A stretch of DNA of 64,000 nt from an uncultured Gammaproteobacteria bacterium (GTDB taxonomy: Bacteria; Patescibacteriota; Patescibacteriia; Patescibacteriales; GWC2-42-12): assembly GCA_964431805.1 (NCBI GenBank), contig CAYSKV010000003.1:53256-117255 (forward strand), given 5' to 3'. The notes under the pieces are model-generated. The model was given only the letters and a program-made list of their open reading frames with translations, was not told the origin of the DNA and searched no databases. A program made the position numbers and the translations under genes. This document shows positions 1 through 8,617 of this stretch, one piece after another; the stretch's first letter is position 1, and each line of letters opens with the position of its first letter.

Positions 1-49
1 AATAACGGTAAGGGCAGTTGCCCAGATTTTGATTGGGTGGAGTCGGCGC

Positions 50-931
50 CTAACGGTTATACGGTACAGGGGTTTGATTAGAAGAGTTTAAAAAATTAAT
101 AATAACTAAACGATTAAGGCTGGCCAGGTCTTTTTTTATTTGATAACTTGCTTTAGGCAGTTCGCGTTTAATAAATTGCTTAATTTTTTCGGTTTGGCTC
201 GGGTCTATTTCGCATAATACATAACTGACATTGCTCAACATCTTTATTTGTTTAAATAGTCGGCGATAATATTTTAATCCGTCAGAACCAGCCGTTAAAG
301 CTGATTTCGGTTCATATTTAATAGTGGGAGAATTTTTAATTTGAGCTGGAGTAAGATAAGGGAGATTAGCAGTAATTATCAATTTAGAATTACGAGTTAC
401 AAATTTAGAATTGATGATTGGTTTTAATAAATCACCCTTGAGAAATTTTATTTTTTTGCTTAAGTTGTTCAGTCTAGAATTATGTCGCGCAACCTTTAAG
501 GCGTTTTCAGAAATATCAATTCCAAATAATTTGCAATTTTTAATTAAGCTAGCCAATGTAATGATAATACAGCCTGACCCAGTGCCAACATCAACGATAG
601 TTGTTGGATGAGAGTTGCTGGTTGTAAGTTTTAGCGTTTCGTCTATCATTAATTCGGTCTCCGGCCTAGGAATCAAAACATTTTTATTAACTTTAAAATT
701 AAGACCATAGAATTCTTTATGTCCGGCAAGATAAGCCATCGGCAAACCCTTAAGTCTTTTTTTAATTAATAATTTACTTTTTGTAATTTGTAATTTTGTT
801 AATTTATGTTCCGGATGAGTGATGATATATTCTCTTGATTTTTTCAAAACATATGCTAAGATAAGCTCAATATCAAAAATATTAAGTTTTGTTTTTTTGT
901 TCATTTCAAAAATAATTTTTTTTAGATTCAT
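50..931 (-). CDS. prmC: peptide chain release factor N5-glutamine methyltransferase (HemK/PrmC)
   Basis: VGTGSGCI SAM-binding motif and NLPY (NPPY-type) catalytic motif. Downstream of prfA on the same strand (classic prfA-prmC arrangement). Confidence 0.85.
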   Translation of the reverse strand: MNLKKIIFEMNKKTKLNIFDIELILAYVLKKSREYIITHPEHKLTKLQITKSKLLIKKRLKGLPMAYLAGHKEFYGLNFKVNKNVLIPRPETELMIDETLKLTTSNSHPTTIVDVGTGSGCIIITLASLIKNCKLFGIDISENALKVARHNSRLNNLSKKIKFLKGDLLKPIINSKFVTRNSKLIITANLPYLTPAQIKNSPTIKYEPKSALTAGSDGLKYYRRLFKQIKMLSNVSYVLCEIDPSQTEKIKQFIKRELPKASYQIKKDLASLNRLVIINFLNSSNQTPVPYNR

Positions 932-948
932 AATAAGGAGAATAAAAA

Positions 949-1326
949 ATGAAAATACAAGATGGGTCGGAAAAGGAAACGGTGGATATTTTAGTGGTTA
1001 ATATTTCAGATGCGATAATTACCGATTTAATTAAGACTCTTAGTAATATATTTCAAGGTAAGAAAATAAGCAAAATTAAAATAATTTATAATACTGATAT
1101 AAGATTTGAAGATGTCGGAAAATTTAATTACTTTATTATTGATCCGGTAAGCCACTATACTATTGATAGAAAAATGATAGATATTTTACTTTTAAAAAAG
1201 AAAGTTGATGCTCAGATAATAGTGTTAACAACAGTTTATTGCAATATTTTTGGGGCTATGGGTATAAAAAAAATTATCAAAATGCCGGTATCCTGGGAGA
1301 AATTCTCGGAAATTTTGTTAGCGTAG
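949..1326 (+). CDS. hypothetical protein, possibly a degenerate receiver-like domain
   Basis: 125-aa ORF with strong AAGGAG Shine-Dalgarno 9 nt upstream. Lies on the opposite strand between prfA and prmC. Weak CheY-like features (IID..., KMP near C-terminus). Confidence 0.4.
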   Translation: MKIQDGSEKETVDILVVNISDAIITDLIKTLSNIFQGKKISKIKIIYNTDIRFEDVGKFNYFIIDPVSHYTIDRKMIDILLLKKKVDAQIIVLTTVYCNIFGAMGIKKIIKMPVSWEKFSEILLA

Positions 1327-1360
1327 TAATATAACTATGTCAAAATAGAAATAAAATTTA

Positions 1361-1390
1361 GGCTGCTAATTATTTAGCAGCCTTTTTTAA
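1361..1390. terminator. bidirectional rho-independent terminator hairpin (ggctgcta...tagcagcc) with flanking T/A runs
   Basis: Perfect 9-bp stem overlapping the prfA stop region, with a T-tract on the plus strand and an A-tract on the minus strand. Confidence 0.4.
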
Positions 1391-2404
1391 TTCAGCAATA
1401 ATGTCAGCTATATCGCCATCCATAATTTTGGCTAGCCCATGCCAGTTTTGTTTTATGCGATGATCGGTAAATCTATCTTGAGGAAAATTATAAGTTCTAA
1501 TTTTATCGCTTCTGTCGCCGGCGCCGACTTGCTCTTTTCTTTGAGCCGATTCGCGGATGCGTTTTTCTTCTTCGGCCTTAGCTAAAAGTCGGGAGCGTAA
1601 AATTTGCAGAGCTTTGTCCTTATTTTGATGCTGTGATTTTTCATCTTGGCAGGTGACCACTAAACCGGTCGGTAAATGTGTTATGCGAATGGCTGAATAA
1701 GTAGTATTAACGCTTTGTCCGCCCGGTCCGGAAGAACAATAAGTATCAATTCTGATATCATTGGGTTTAATTTCTAAATCAGCTTCTTCGGCTTCAGGCA
1801 TAACTACTACGGTAATAGCGCTAGTATGAACTCGTCCGGCTTTTTCAGTTTCCGGCACTCTTTGCACTCGATGCGTGCCGGCTTCATATTTTAAATTGCC
1901 ATAGACATCTTTACCTTCTACCGAAAATATAATTTCTTTAAAACCGCCGATACCGATGCGGCTAGAATATAAAATTTTTAACTTCCAGCCTTGTTTTTCG
2001 GCATAATGAGAATATAAGCGGAAGATTTCGGCCGCGAATAAAGCTGATTCATCGCCGCCGGTGCCAGCTCTAATTTCCATAATAATATTTTTTTTGTCAT
2101 TAGGATCGGCTGGATGAAGTTCAGTTTCAATTTCGGCGGTTAATTTTTCGATTTGTTGTTTTAGCTCCGCGATTTCATCTTTAGTGATTTTTAATAATTC
2201 TTGGTCAGATTCATTTTTGATCATTCCTTCGCTTTGGTTTAATTCGGTTTGTTTTTTTTGCAATTCTAAAATTAACCCGATTACATATTTTAAATCGTTA
2301 TGTTTTTTGGAAACTTCTCTTAATTTTTTTTGATCAGTTAAAACGCTCTGGTCCGAGAGTTGATTTTCTAAATCTTTAAATTGTTTTATTATATCTTCGT
2401 ACAT
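1370..2404 (-). CDS. prfA: peptide chain release factor 1
   Basis: SGPGGQSVNTT GGQ motif. RF1-type tripeptide region (RVQRVPETE, PxT-like). Confidence 0.93.
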   Translation of the reverse strand: MYEDIIKQFKDLENQLSDQSVLTDQKKLREVSKKHNDLKYVIGLILELQKKQTELNQSEGMIKNESDQELLKITKDEIAELKQQIEKLTAEIETELHPADPNDKKNIIMEIRAGTGGDESALFAAEIFRLYSHYAEKQGWKLKILYSSRIGIGGFKEIIFSVEGKDVYGNLKYEAGTHRVQRVPETEKAGRVHTSAITVVVMPEAEEADLEIKPNDIRIDTYCSSGPGGQSVNTTYSAIRITHLPTGLVVTCQDEKSQHQNKDKALQILRSRLLAKAEEEKRIRESAQRKEQVGAGDRSDKIRTYNFPQDRFTDHRIKQNWHGLAKIMDGDIADIIAELKKAAK

Positions 2405-2479
2405 AAAATAAAAACGGTTATTTTATAATTACGCCATAATTAAATTATAGCACAATAATAAAATAACCGTTTAGAGTAG

Positions 2480-2770
2480 TTATTTTTTGTCTGTTTTTTT
2501 AGCAATTTTAGCTTTAGTTTTAGCAGTTCGTTTAGCCTTTTTACTTTTATGTACGGCTTTACTTTTAGTTTTAGCTTCAACTTTAGCATTAAATTTCTCA
2601 ACTCGGCGAGCCGAATCAAGTAATTTCTGCTTACCAGTATAAAACGGGTGGCAAGCTGAACAAATTTCCACTTTCAATTCCGGTAAAGTTGAACCGGTAG
2701 TGAAACTATTGCCGCAAGCGCAAGTCATCTTGGCTTTTGGATAATATTTTGGATGAATGTCTTTTTTCAT
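2480..2770 (-). CDS. rpmE: 50S ribosomal protein L31 with Lys/Ala-rich C-terminal extension
   Basis: [11 protein letters not shown]-terminus and CxxC...C Zn-ribbon pattern of L31. About 30 extra KA-rich residues at the C-terminus. Confidence 0.88.
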   Translation of the reverse strand: MKKDIHPKYYPKAKMTCACGNSFTTGSTLPELKVEICSACHPFYTGKQKLLDSARRVEKFNAKVEAKTKSKAVHKSKKAKRTAKTKAKIAKKTDKK

Positions 2771-2874
2771 AAGGATTTTTATAAAATTAAAAACAATCTG
2801 TTGCAGATTGGATTATGATGTGAGATTAACATAGAAAATATATTTTGGCAAGTCTGCCCGCTAACAGATAAAGG

Positions 2875-2901
2875 TTGACAAAATATTAAGATTATTATAA
2901 T
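2875..2901 (+). promoter_or_regulatory. putative sigma70-like promoter for rpsB-tsf (TTGACA ... TATAAT, 15-nt spacer)
   Basis: TTGACA at 2875-2880 and TATAAT at 2896-2901 in the divergent rpmE/rpsB intergenic region. Confidence 0.35.
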
Positions 2902-3017
2902 CTATTATCATAGCTTTTAAAGGCTATTTTAATTTATTAAATCTCTCATACTCCTTAATTTTCCTTGTCTCGATTATACGAGATGATTAGGAGTAGAGGA
3001 CTAAAGGAAAAAAAATT

Positions 3018-3719
3018 ATGAAAATTCCAACAGTGGAAGAGATGCTTAAGGCTGGAATGCACTTCGGGCATCGCACATCAAAATGGCACCCTAAAATGGA
3101 GCCTTTTATTTTTGGCTCAAGAAAAGGCGTGCACATTATTGACTTAAGAAAAACGCAAGCTATGTTAGGCGTTGCTTTAGAGTATTTAAAAAAGCAGGCA
3201 GCTGAAGGAAAAACCATTCTTTTGGTTGGCACAAAAATGCAAGTTAAAAACACTCTTAAGAAAACCGCTGAAGAAGCTGGCGTACCTTATGTTTCTTCAA
3301 AATGGTTGGGCGGATTTTTAACTAATTTCGCCATCATTAGAAACTTAATCAGAAAATTTAAAGATTTATCAGAAAAAAGAGCCGGCGGTAAATTGGATAA
3401 ATATACAAAGAAAGAAAGACTTGATTTTGATCGCCAGATCGCAAAGTTAGAAACTAATGTTGGCGGCTTAGTAAGTTTAACTAAAACTCCTGACATTATT
3501 TTCATTTGGGATATTAAAAAAGAAAAAACCGCTTTTACCGAAGCTATGAAGAAAAAAATTCCAGTGGTAGCTGTTTGCGACACTAATACTAATCCTGATG
3601 GCGTCAAATATATTATTCCTGCTAACGACGATGCGTCTAGAGGTATAAAGTTAGTAATGAATTTAGTTAAAGAAGCGATTTTAGAAGGCAAGTCTGAGAG
3701 CCAAAATAAAGAAAAATAA
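3018..3719 (+). CDS. rpsB: 30S ribosomal protein S2
   Basis: MHFGHRTSKWHPKM signature N-terminus. Conserved rpsB-tsf synteny. Confidence 0.95.
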   Translation: MKIPTVEEMLKAGMHFGHRTSKWHPKMEPFIFGSRKGVHIIDLRKTQAMLGVALEYLKKQAAEGKTILLVGTKMQVKNTLKKTAEEAGVPYVSSKWLGGFLTNFAIIRNLIRKFKDLSEKRAGGKLDKYTKKERLDFDRQIAKLETNVGGLVSLTKTPDIIFIWDIKKEKTAFTEAMKKKIPVVAVCDTNTNPDGVKYIIPANDDASRGIKLVMNLVKEAILEGKSESQNKEK

Positions 3720-3736
3720 ATAAATATTTAAAATTT

Positions 3737-4534
3737 ATGGAAAATATAAAAGTTTTACGTGATAAAACCGGCGCTGGCATGGTTGATTGCAAAAAGGCCT
3801 TAGAAGAAGCTGGCGGCGATATTGAAAAAGCTGTAGAAATTTTAAGAAAAAAAGGTATTGCTAAAGCGGCTAAGAGAAGCGATCGCGAAGCAGGCGAAGG
3901 CATAATTAAAGTTGCTTTAGATAGCGATACTAAGACTGGCTATGTCGTAGAGATTAATGCCGAAACTGATTTTGTAGTACGCAGCGAGAGATTCCAATCT
4001 TTTACCGAAAAAGTTGTGCAATTAATTATAGAAAAACAACCAAAAGATTTAGTTGAATTAATGGCATTAAGTTTTGATGGCGTTACGGTTAAAGAAAATT
4101 TAGATAGCTTAAGCGGTGTAATTGGCGAAAAATTAGATATAAAAAGATATGAGATGCTTAAGTCGGCCGGAACGGTAGCGGCTTATTCCCATATGGCTGG
4201 TAGAATTGGCGTACTAGTAGCTTTAGATAAAGAAGGCCAAAGCGATATCGCTTATGATGTTGCGATGCAAATTGCCGCCGCTAACCCAAGATATCTTAAT
4301 CCTGAAGATGTTGCGGCTGATGAGCTTAACAAAGAAAAAGAAATTTATCGCGAGCAACTTCTTAAAGAAGGTAAGCCGGAAAACATGATTGATAAAATTA
4401 TGGAAGGCAAACTAGCTAAATTTTATGGAGAAATTTGTTTAGTTAAACAGGAATATATAAAAGATGATAGTAAAAAAATTGAAGATATTTTAGGCGATGT
4501 AAAAGTAGAGAAATTTATTAGATACAGCTTATAA
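3737..4534 (+). CDS. tsf: elongation factor Ts
   Basis: LRDKTGAGMVDCKKAL UBA-like N-terminal signature of EF-Ts. Directly follows rpsB. Confidence 0.95.
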   Translation: MENIKVLRDKTGAGMVDCKKALEEAGGDIEKAVEILRKKGIAKAAKRSDREAGEGIIKVALDSDTKTGYVVEINAETDFVVRSERFQSFTEKVVQLIIEKQPKDLVELMALSFDGVTVKENLDSLSGVIGEKLDIKRYEMLKSAGTVAAYSHMAGRIGVLVALDKEGQSDIAYDVAMQIAAANPRYLNPEDVAADELNKEKEIYREQLLKEGKPENMIDKIMEGKLAKFYGEICLVKQEYIKDDSKKIEDILGDVKVEKFIRYSL

Positions 4535-4542
4535 ATTTATAT

Positions 4543-5376
4543 ATGCGCGTAGTTCAAGTACAATTTACTTCTTGGGATAAAAAGTATAATTTTGACGCGG
4601 ACGAAATTGACGTTAAGATAGGCGATCAAGTTATTGTAAAAACTGAACTAGGCGTTGAGCTCGGTAAAGTAGTCGGTTTTCAAGATTTATCAGATGTAAA
4701 AACCAAGCCCGAAGTTGAAGGCGAGAAATCTATTGTAGAGATAAAAAAGATTATTAGAAAAGCGGAGCTAGCTGATTTAAAAAAATTGCCTGATGAAAAA
4801 CAGATAAAAAAAGATTTTGTTTTCTGCAAAAAAATTATAGACAAATATCAATTACCAATGAAGTTGGTTGATGTGCATTATTCTTTTGATGACACTAGAA
4901 TAACTTTTCCTTTTATCGCTGATTCAAGAATTGATTTTAGAGAATTAGTAAAAGATTTAACTAAGCATTTTAACCGTAGCATTAGATTGCAGCAAATTGG
5001 TATTCGCGATGAAGCTAAATTTTGCGGTGATTTCGGACATTGCGGTCGCTCTTTATGTTGTTCTCGTTTTTTAGGCGATCTTAATTCCATAACTTCAGAA
5101 ATGGCTGAGCTTCAGCAATGTGTGCATCGTGGTTCAGAAAGAATTTCTGGTATTTGCGGCCGTTTAATGTGTTGTTTATCCTACGAAGAAGATGGTTATA
5201 AAAAGCTAGCGGAAAATTTACCGTCGGTTGATAGCCAAGTTAAAGTTGAAGGCAGAAAAGGCCGAGTTTTAGCGCGCTATATTTTAAAGCAGACAGTAAA
5301 AGTTTTATTAGATGAAGGCAACGGTGAGGCCAGCGGCGTGGTAGAGGTGGAAGTAGATAAAGTAAAAAAAATATAA
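4543..5376 (+). CDS. PSP1 C-terminal domain protein (RicT/YaaT family)
   Basis: Cys-rich C-terminal region (CGDFGHCGRSLCC ... CGRLMCCLSYE) typical of PSP1/RicT. Confidence 0.55.
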   Translation: MRVVQVQFTSWDKKYNFDADEIDVKIGDQVIVKTELGVELGKVVGFQDLSDVKTKPEVEGEKSIVEIKKIIRKAELADLKKLPDEKQIKKDFVFCKKIIDKYQLPMKLVDVHYSFDDTRITFPFIADSRIDFRELVKDLTKHFNRSIRLQQIGIRDEAKFCGDFGHCGRSLCCSRFLGDLNSITSEMAELQQCVHRGSERISGICGRLMCCLSYEEDGYKKLAENLPSVDSQVKVEGRKGRVLARYILKQTVKVLLDEGNGEASGVVEVEVDKVKKI

Positions 5377-5395
5377 AGTAAAAAATAATAAGACA

Positions 5396-5420
5396 AGAAC
5401 AGCCGAAAGGCTGTTTTTTG
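5396..5420 (+). terminator. rho-independent terminator (acagcc-gaaa-ggctgt + T7)
   Basis: GC stem with GAAA tetraloop followed by TTTTTTGTT, immediately after the PSP1 gene stop. Confidence 0.6.
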
Positions 5421-5837
5421 TTATTCCCGCGAAAGCGAGAATCCAGGTTTCGGCGGAATGAATGTGATTTTATCTTTTTGTTTATTAATTATTCAAACAT
5501 TGTAGTATACCGTTTCTAAATCGAAGTGTTCGTGTCGCTCCGCTAGGGGTTACTTTCTTATAATTGAGAAAGTAACCAAAGAACTTTTGGGGTGCCTCAA
5601 TGCGCTATAGCATTGATTAATCTTCGTTCTGTAAGCAATGGCGCTTATTCGTCACCCCAAACCCCATATGATTTTTAAATATTTTTATTGTTAGCGGTAA
5701 AATGTTATTATATCAATTTTGGTAGTTATAAAAATATATGAAAATTGGGTTAATAGTAATTGATTAATTTTTGCTATTTTTATGATTTTATGGTATTTTT
5801 TGTGTATAATTTCTAATTTAATTAAATAATTAATATT

Positions 5838-6185
5838 ATGAGTTTATTTAATTTTTTAAAGAAGCAATCTCAACCAAAATCTCCGTTAGAAAAATTTAAG
5901 GAAATAAAAACATATGTAAGAGAAAAGACGAAATCTCTCATGAATAATGATTTTGAAGGTATGAAGCCTGAAGAAGTGTCCAATAAGATATTGTATCAAA
6001 CAATTGATCAAGAGCAGAAAAAAAAGTTGAGTTATGAGGAATATGTAAAATTAGATAAAGCTAACGAAATAAAACATGTCCTAGATGCACTTAGAGAGGA
6101 AGCGGCAAACGGGCGTATAAGCGAGGTCGAAATTCAAGAAATTTTTGATTCAAAAGAATTTAAAGATTATACTGCCGTAAAATAA
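5838..6185 (+). CDS. hypothetical protein
   Basis: 115-aa ORF flanked on both sides by about 400-bp noncoding, structure-rich regions. No recognisable motif. Confidence 0.4.
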   Translation: MSLFNFLKKQSQPKSPLEKFKEIKTYVREKTKSLMNNDFEGMKPEEVSNKILYQTIDQEQKKKLSYEEYVKLDKANEIKHVLDALREEAANGRISEVEIQEIFDSKEFKDYTAVK

Positions 6186-6410
6186 ATATGAAAAAGGTGA
6201 TTGACTTAATAATTATTGAGTGTAAAATATTATTACCCTTTAAAGGGTTTTAAATAACTAATTCATAATTATTATGAAAAAGTTTAAAAAAATCCCGTTG
6301 GGTAAGTTTTGATGAGTAATTATCAAACTTGCCCTTTGGTTGGTTGGCGTAATAGTCAGCGATTTTATTTGAGATCATATCAATTGGTAAAATCACCAAC
6401 GGGCTAGAAT

Positions 6411-6435
6411 TAAGCGGTATTAAAACCGCTTTTTT
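6411..6435 (+). terminator. rho-independent terminator (gcggt-attaaa-accgc + T6)
   Basis: Hairpin plus T-run. Ends a structured noncoding segment upstream of gap. Confidence 0.5.
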
Positions 6436-6595
6436 CTATTATTTATAAAATTATATTATTTGTTAAGATAAACTTTAATTAAATATAAATCGCCTGAATG
6501 TTATCGTTTTTGGTATTCACTAAAGTTTTTGTTAGGGATTTTTAGTAATGGCGATTTTATGCTATAATAATTTTATAATTTTTAAATAGAAAAAT

Positions 6596-7600
6596 ATGAA
6601 CGTAGCCATAAATGGGTTCGGTCGTATTGGCCGGGCAGTTTTTAAATCTTTACTTAATAAAAAGGGGATTAATGTCGTTGCTATTAATGATTTAACCGAC
6701 ACTAAAACATTAGCGCAATTGCTTCAATATGATAGTTGTTATCGAGTCTATGGGAAAAAAGTTACGGCTCAAGCCGATAATTTAGTGGTGGCTGGTAAAA
6801 AATACAAAGTGTTAGCAGAAAAAGAGCCGGCTAAATTACCTTGGGGTAAAATGAAAGTAGATATCGTTTTAGAGTGCACCGGTAGATTTTTAGACATGGC
6901 AGGAGCCGGAGAACATATTAAAGCCGGAGCTAAAAAAGTTATAATTTCCGCGCCAGCCAAAGACGAAACTATAAAAAATATTGTGTTATCGGTTAATGAA
7001 AAAGATTTAAATAAAAATGATAAAATTATTTCCATGGCGTCTTGTACGACTAATTGCTTAGCGCCGGTAACTAAAATAATTTCTGATAACTTTGGCATTA
7101 AAAAAGCCGTTATGTCTACCATCCATTCTTATACGGCTGATCAGAATTTAGTTGACGGTCCGCATAAGGATTTACGTCGAGCGCGAGCAGCGGCTTTAAA
7201 TATTGTGCCAACGACGACCGGCGCGGCTAAAGCAGCGGCTAAAACTATTCCGGCTTTAGTTGGAAAATTCGACGGTTTGTCGTTACGCGTACCGACTCCA
7301 GTCGTGTCCTTGTGCGATGCGGTTTATATTACGGAAAAGTTTGTAACAGCGGAAGCTGTAAATAAAATTATTAAACAGGCCGCCGCTAAAAATTATAAAG
7401 GTTATGTGGCGGTAACGGAAGAACCTTTAGTGTCATCGGATTTTATTGGTAATTCGTCTAGCGCGATTGTGGATTTGCCTTTGACTAAAGTTATCGGCGG
7501 CGATATGCTAAAAATTATTTCTTGGTATGACAATGAATGGGGCTATTCATGCCGCTTGGCGGATTTATGCGAATATATTAATAAGAAGAAATTATTGTAA
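6596..7600 (+). CDS. gap: glyceraldehyde-3-phosphate dehydrogenase
   Basis: INGFGRIGR NAD-binding motif and SCTTNCLAP active-site Cys motif. Confidence 0.95.
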   Translation: MNVAINGFGRIGRAVFKSLLNKKGINVVAINDLTDTKTLAQLLQYDSCYRVYGKKVTAQADNLVVAGKKYKVLAEKEPAKLPWGKMKVDIVLECTGRFLDMAGAGEHIKAGAKKVIISAPAKDETIKNIVLSVNEKDLNKNDKIISMASCTTNCLAPVTKIISDNFGIKKAVMSTIHSYTADQNLVDGPHKDLRRARAAALNIVPTTTGAAKAAAKTIPALVGKFDGLSLRVPTPVVSLCDAVYITEKFVTAEAVNKIIKQAAAKNYKGYVAVTEEPLVSSDFIGNSSSAIVDLPLTKVIGGDMLKIISWYDNEWGYSCRLADLCEYINKKKLL

Positions 7601-8617
7601 TTGTTACTTATGGACATCTTATCTAAAATAAAACAAGCTAATTTAGTTGGGCGTGGTGGTGCCGGTTTTCCTGTTGAAAAAAAATGGGCTGCGGTTAAAG
7701 ATGCTATTGGCGAAAAAAAATATATAGTTTGCAATGCTTCCGAAGGCGAACCAGGCGTTTTAAAAGACGGCTATCTTTTAGAGCATCGCGCTGATAAAGT
7801 TATAGACGGCATGAAAATAGCTATTGATTTTTTGCAAGCTGAAAAAGCTTATTTATTTTTAAATCATGCTTATTATAAGAAATTAAATAAAAAATTAGCC
7901 ATTTTAACTAAAGATTCTAAAATTGAAATATTCGCTAAACCGATTAACGCCGGCTACATCGGCGGGGAAGAAAGCGCGATTTTAAATGCAATTGAAGGAA
8001 AAAGGATTGAACCGAGATTAAAGCCGCCATTTCCCACGACCTTTGGCTTATGGGGCTATCCAACTTTAATTAATAATGTTGAAACTTTTTACAATGTAAG
8101 TTTGGTGGCGGTCGATCAATATACAAAAAAAAGATTTTATACCATAACCGGCGATTGTCCTAACGAGGGAGTTTATGAGTTACCTGATGATTTAACAATT
8201 GAAAAAGTGCTTGAGCAAACTAAAAATTATCCTAATTTTTCTTTTTTTGTTCAGGTCGGTGGCGGAGCCTCGGGCGAAGTTTTAAATAGCTCTCATTTAA
8301 AAAAACAAGTTAGCGGAGCCGGTTCAATCGCAATTTATAGTTTAACTAAAAATAATTTTAAAAAAGTTATAAAAAATTGGCTTGATTTTTTTGCGAGCGA
8401 ATCATGCGGCCAATGCACGACTTGTCGTGAAGGCGTTTTTAGACTTAAGGAAATATTTAGCCAAGAAGAAATTGATTGGGCATTATTTAATGATTTGCTT
8501 AGCAATTTGCGGGATACTTCGTTTTGTGCTTTAGGCGGTGCAGTACCTTTGCCGATAAATAGTTTTATAAAGAATGTTTACCCAAACTTGAAAATAAAAT
8601 ATGAACAAAAAAATTAA
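7601..8617 (+). CDS. NADH dehydrogenase 51-kDa (NuoF/HydB-like) flavoprotein subunit, hydrogenase-associated
   Basis: GRGGAGFP motif, FMN/NADH region YIVCNASEGEPG ... GGEES, and 4Fe-4S motif ESCGQCTTCREG. Overlaps the start of hydA by 17 nt. Confidence 0.8.
   Translation: MLLMDILSKIKQANLVGRGGAGFPVEKKWAAVKDAIGEKKYIVCNASEGEPGVLKDGYLLEHRADKVIDGMKIAIDFLQAEKAYLFLNHAYYKKLNKKLAILTKDSKIEIFAKPINAGYIGGEESAILNAIEGKRIEPRLKPPFPTTFGLWGYPTLINNVETFYNVSLVAVDQYTKKRFYTITGDCPNEGVYELPDDLTIEKVLEQTKNYPNFSFFVQVGGGASGEVLNSSHLKKQVSGAGSIAIYSLTKNNFKKVIKNWLDFFASESCGQCTTCREGVFRLKEIFSQEEIDWALFNDLLSNLRDTSFCALGGAVPLPINSFIKNVYPNLKIKYEQKN

Noticed and set aside
411-611. Antisense or overlapping short ORFs from the six-frame track. 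Examples: 411-611, 819-1001, 2987-3253, 3287-3691, 3667-3903, 4878-5090, 6769-7122, 7543-7734, 8531-8914, 11779-12015, 16671-16922, 16768-17064, 17559-17804, 19561-19749, 23638-23901, 24086-24322, 26224-26433, 27003-27203, 27577-27777, 28591-28779, 29192-29389, 30857-31078, 35110-35475, 35632-36039, 39787-40029, 41895-42098, 42772-43011, 42911-43105, 51617-51904, 53837-54175, 55085-55333, 59288-59482, 63644-63847.
   Set aside because: Each lies inside or antisense to a well-supported conserved gene or RNA. They have low-complexity translations and no ribosome-binding sites. These are typical AT-rich-genome shadow ORFs.
5421-5700. Tested the structured region against tmRNA, SRP RNA and tRNA-like signatures
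   Set aside because: No T-arm (GGTTCGAATCC-like) and no GGAAGGAAGCAGC SRP domain-IV motif. It is left as an unclassified structured RNA candidate.
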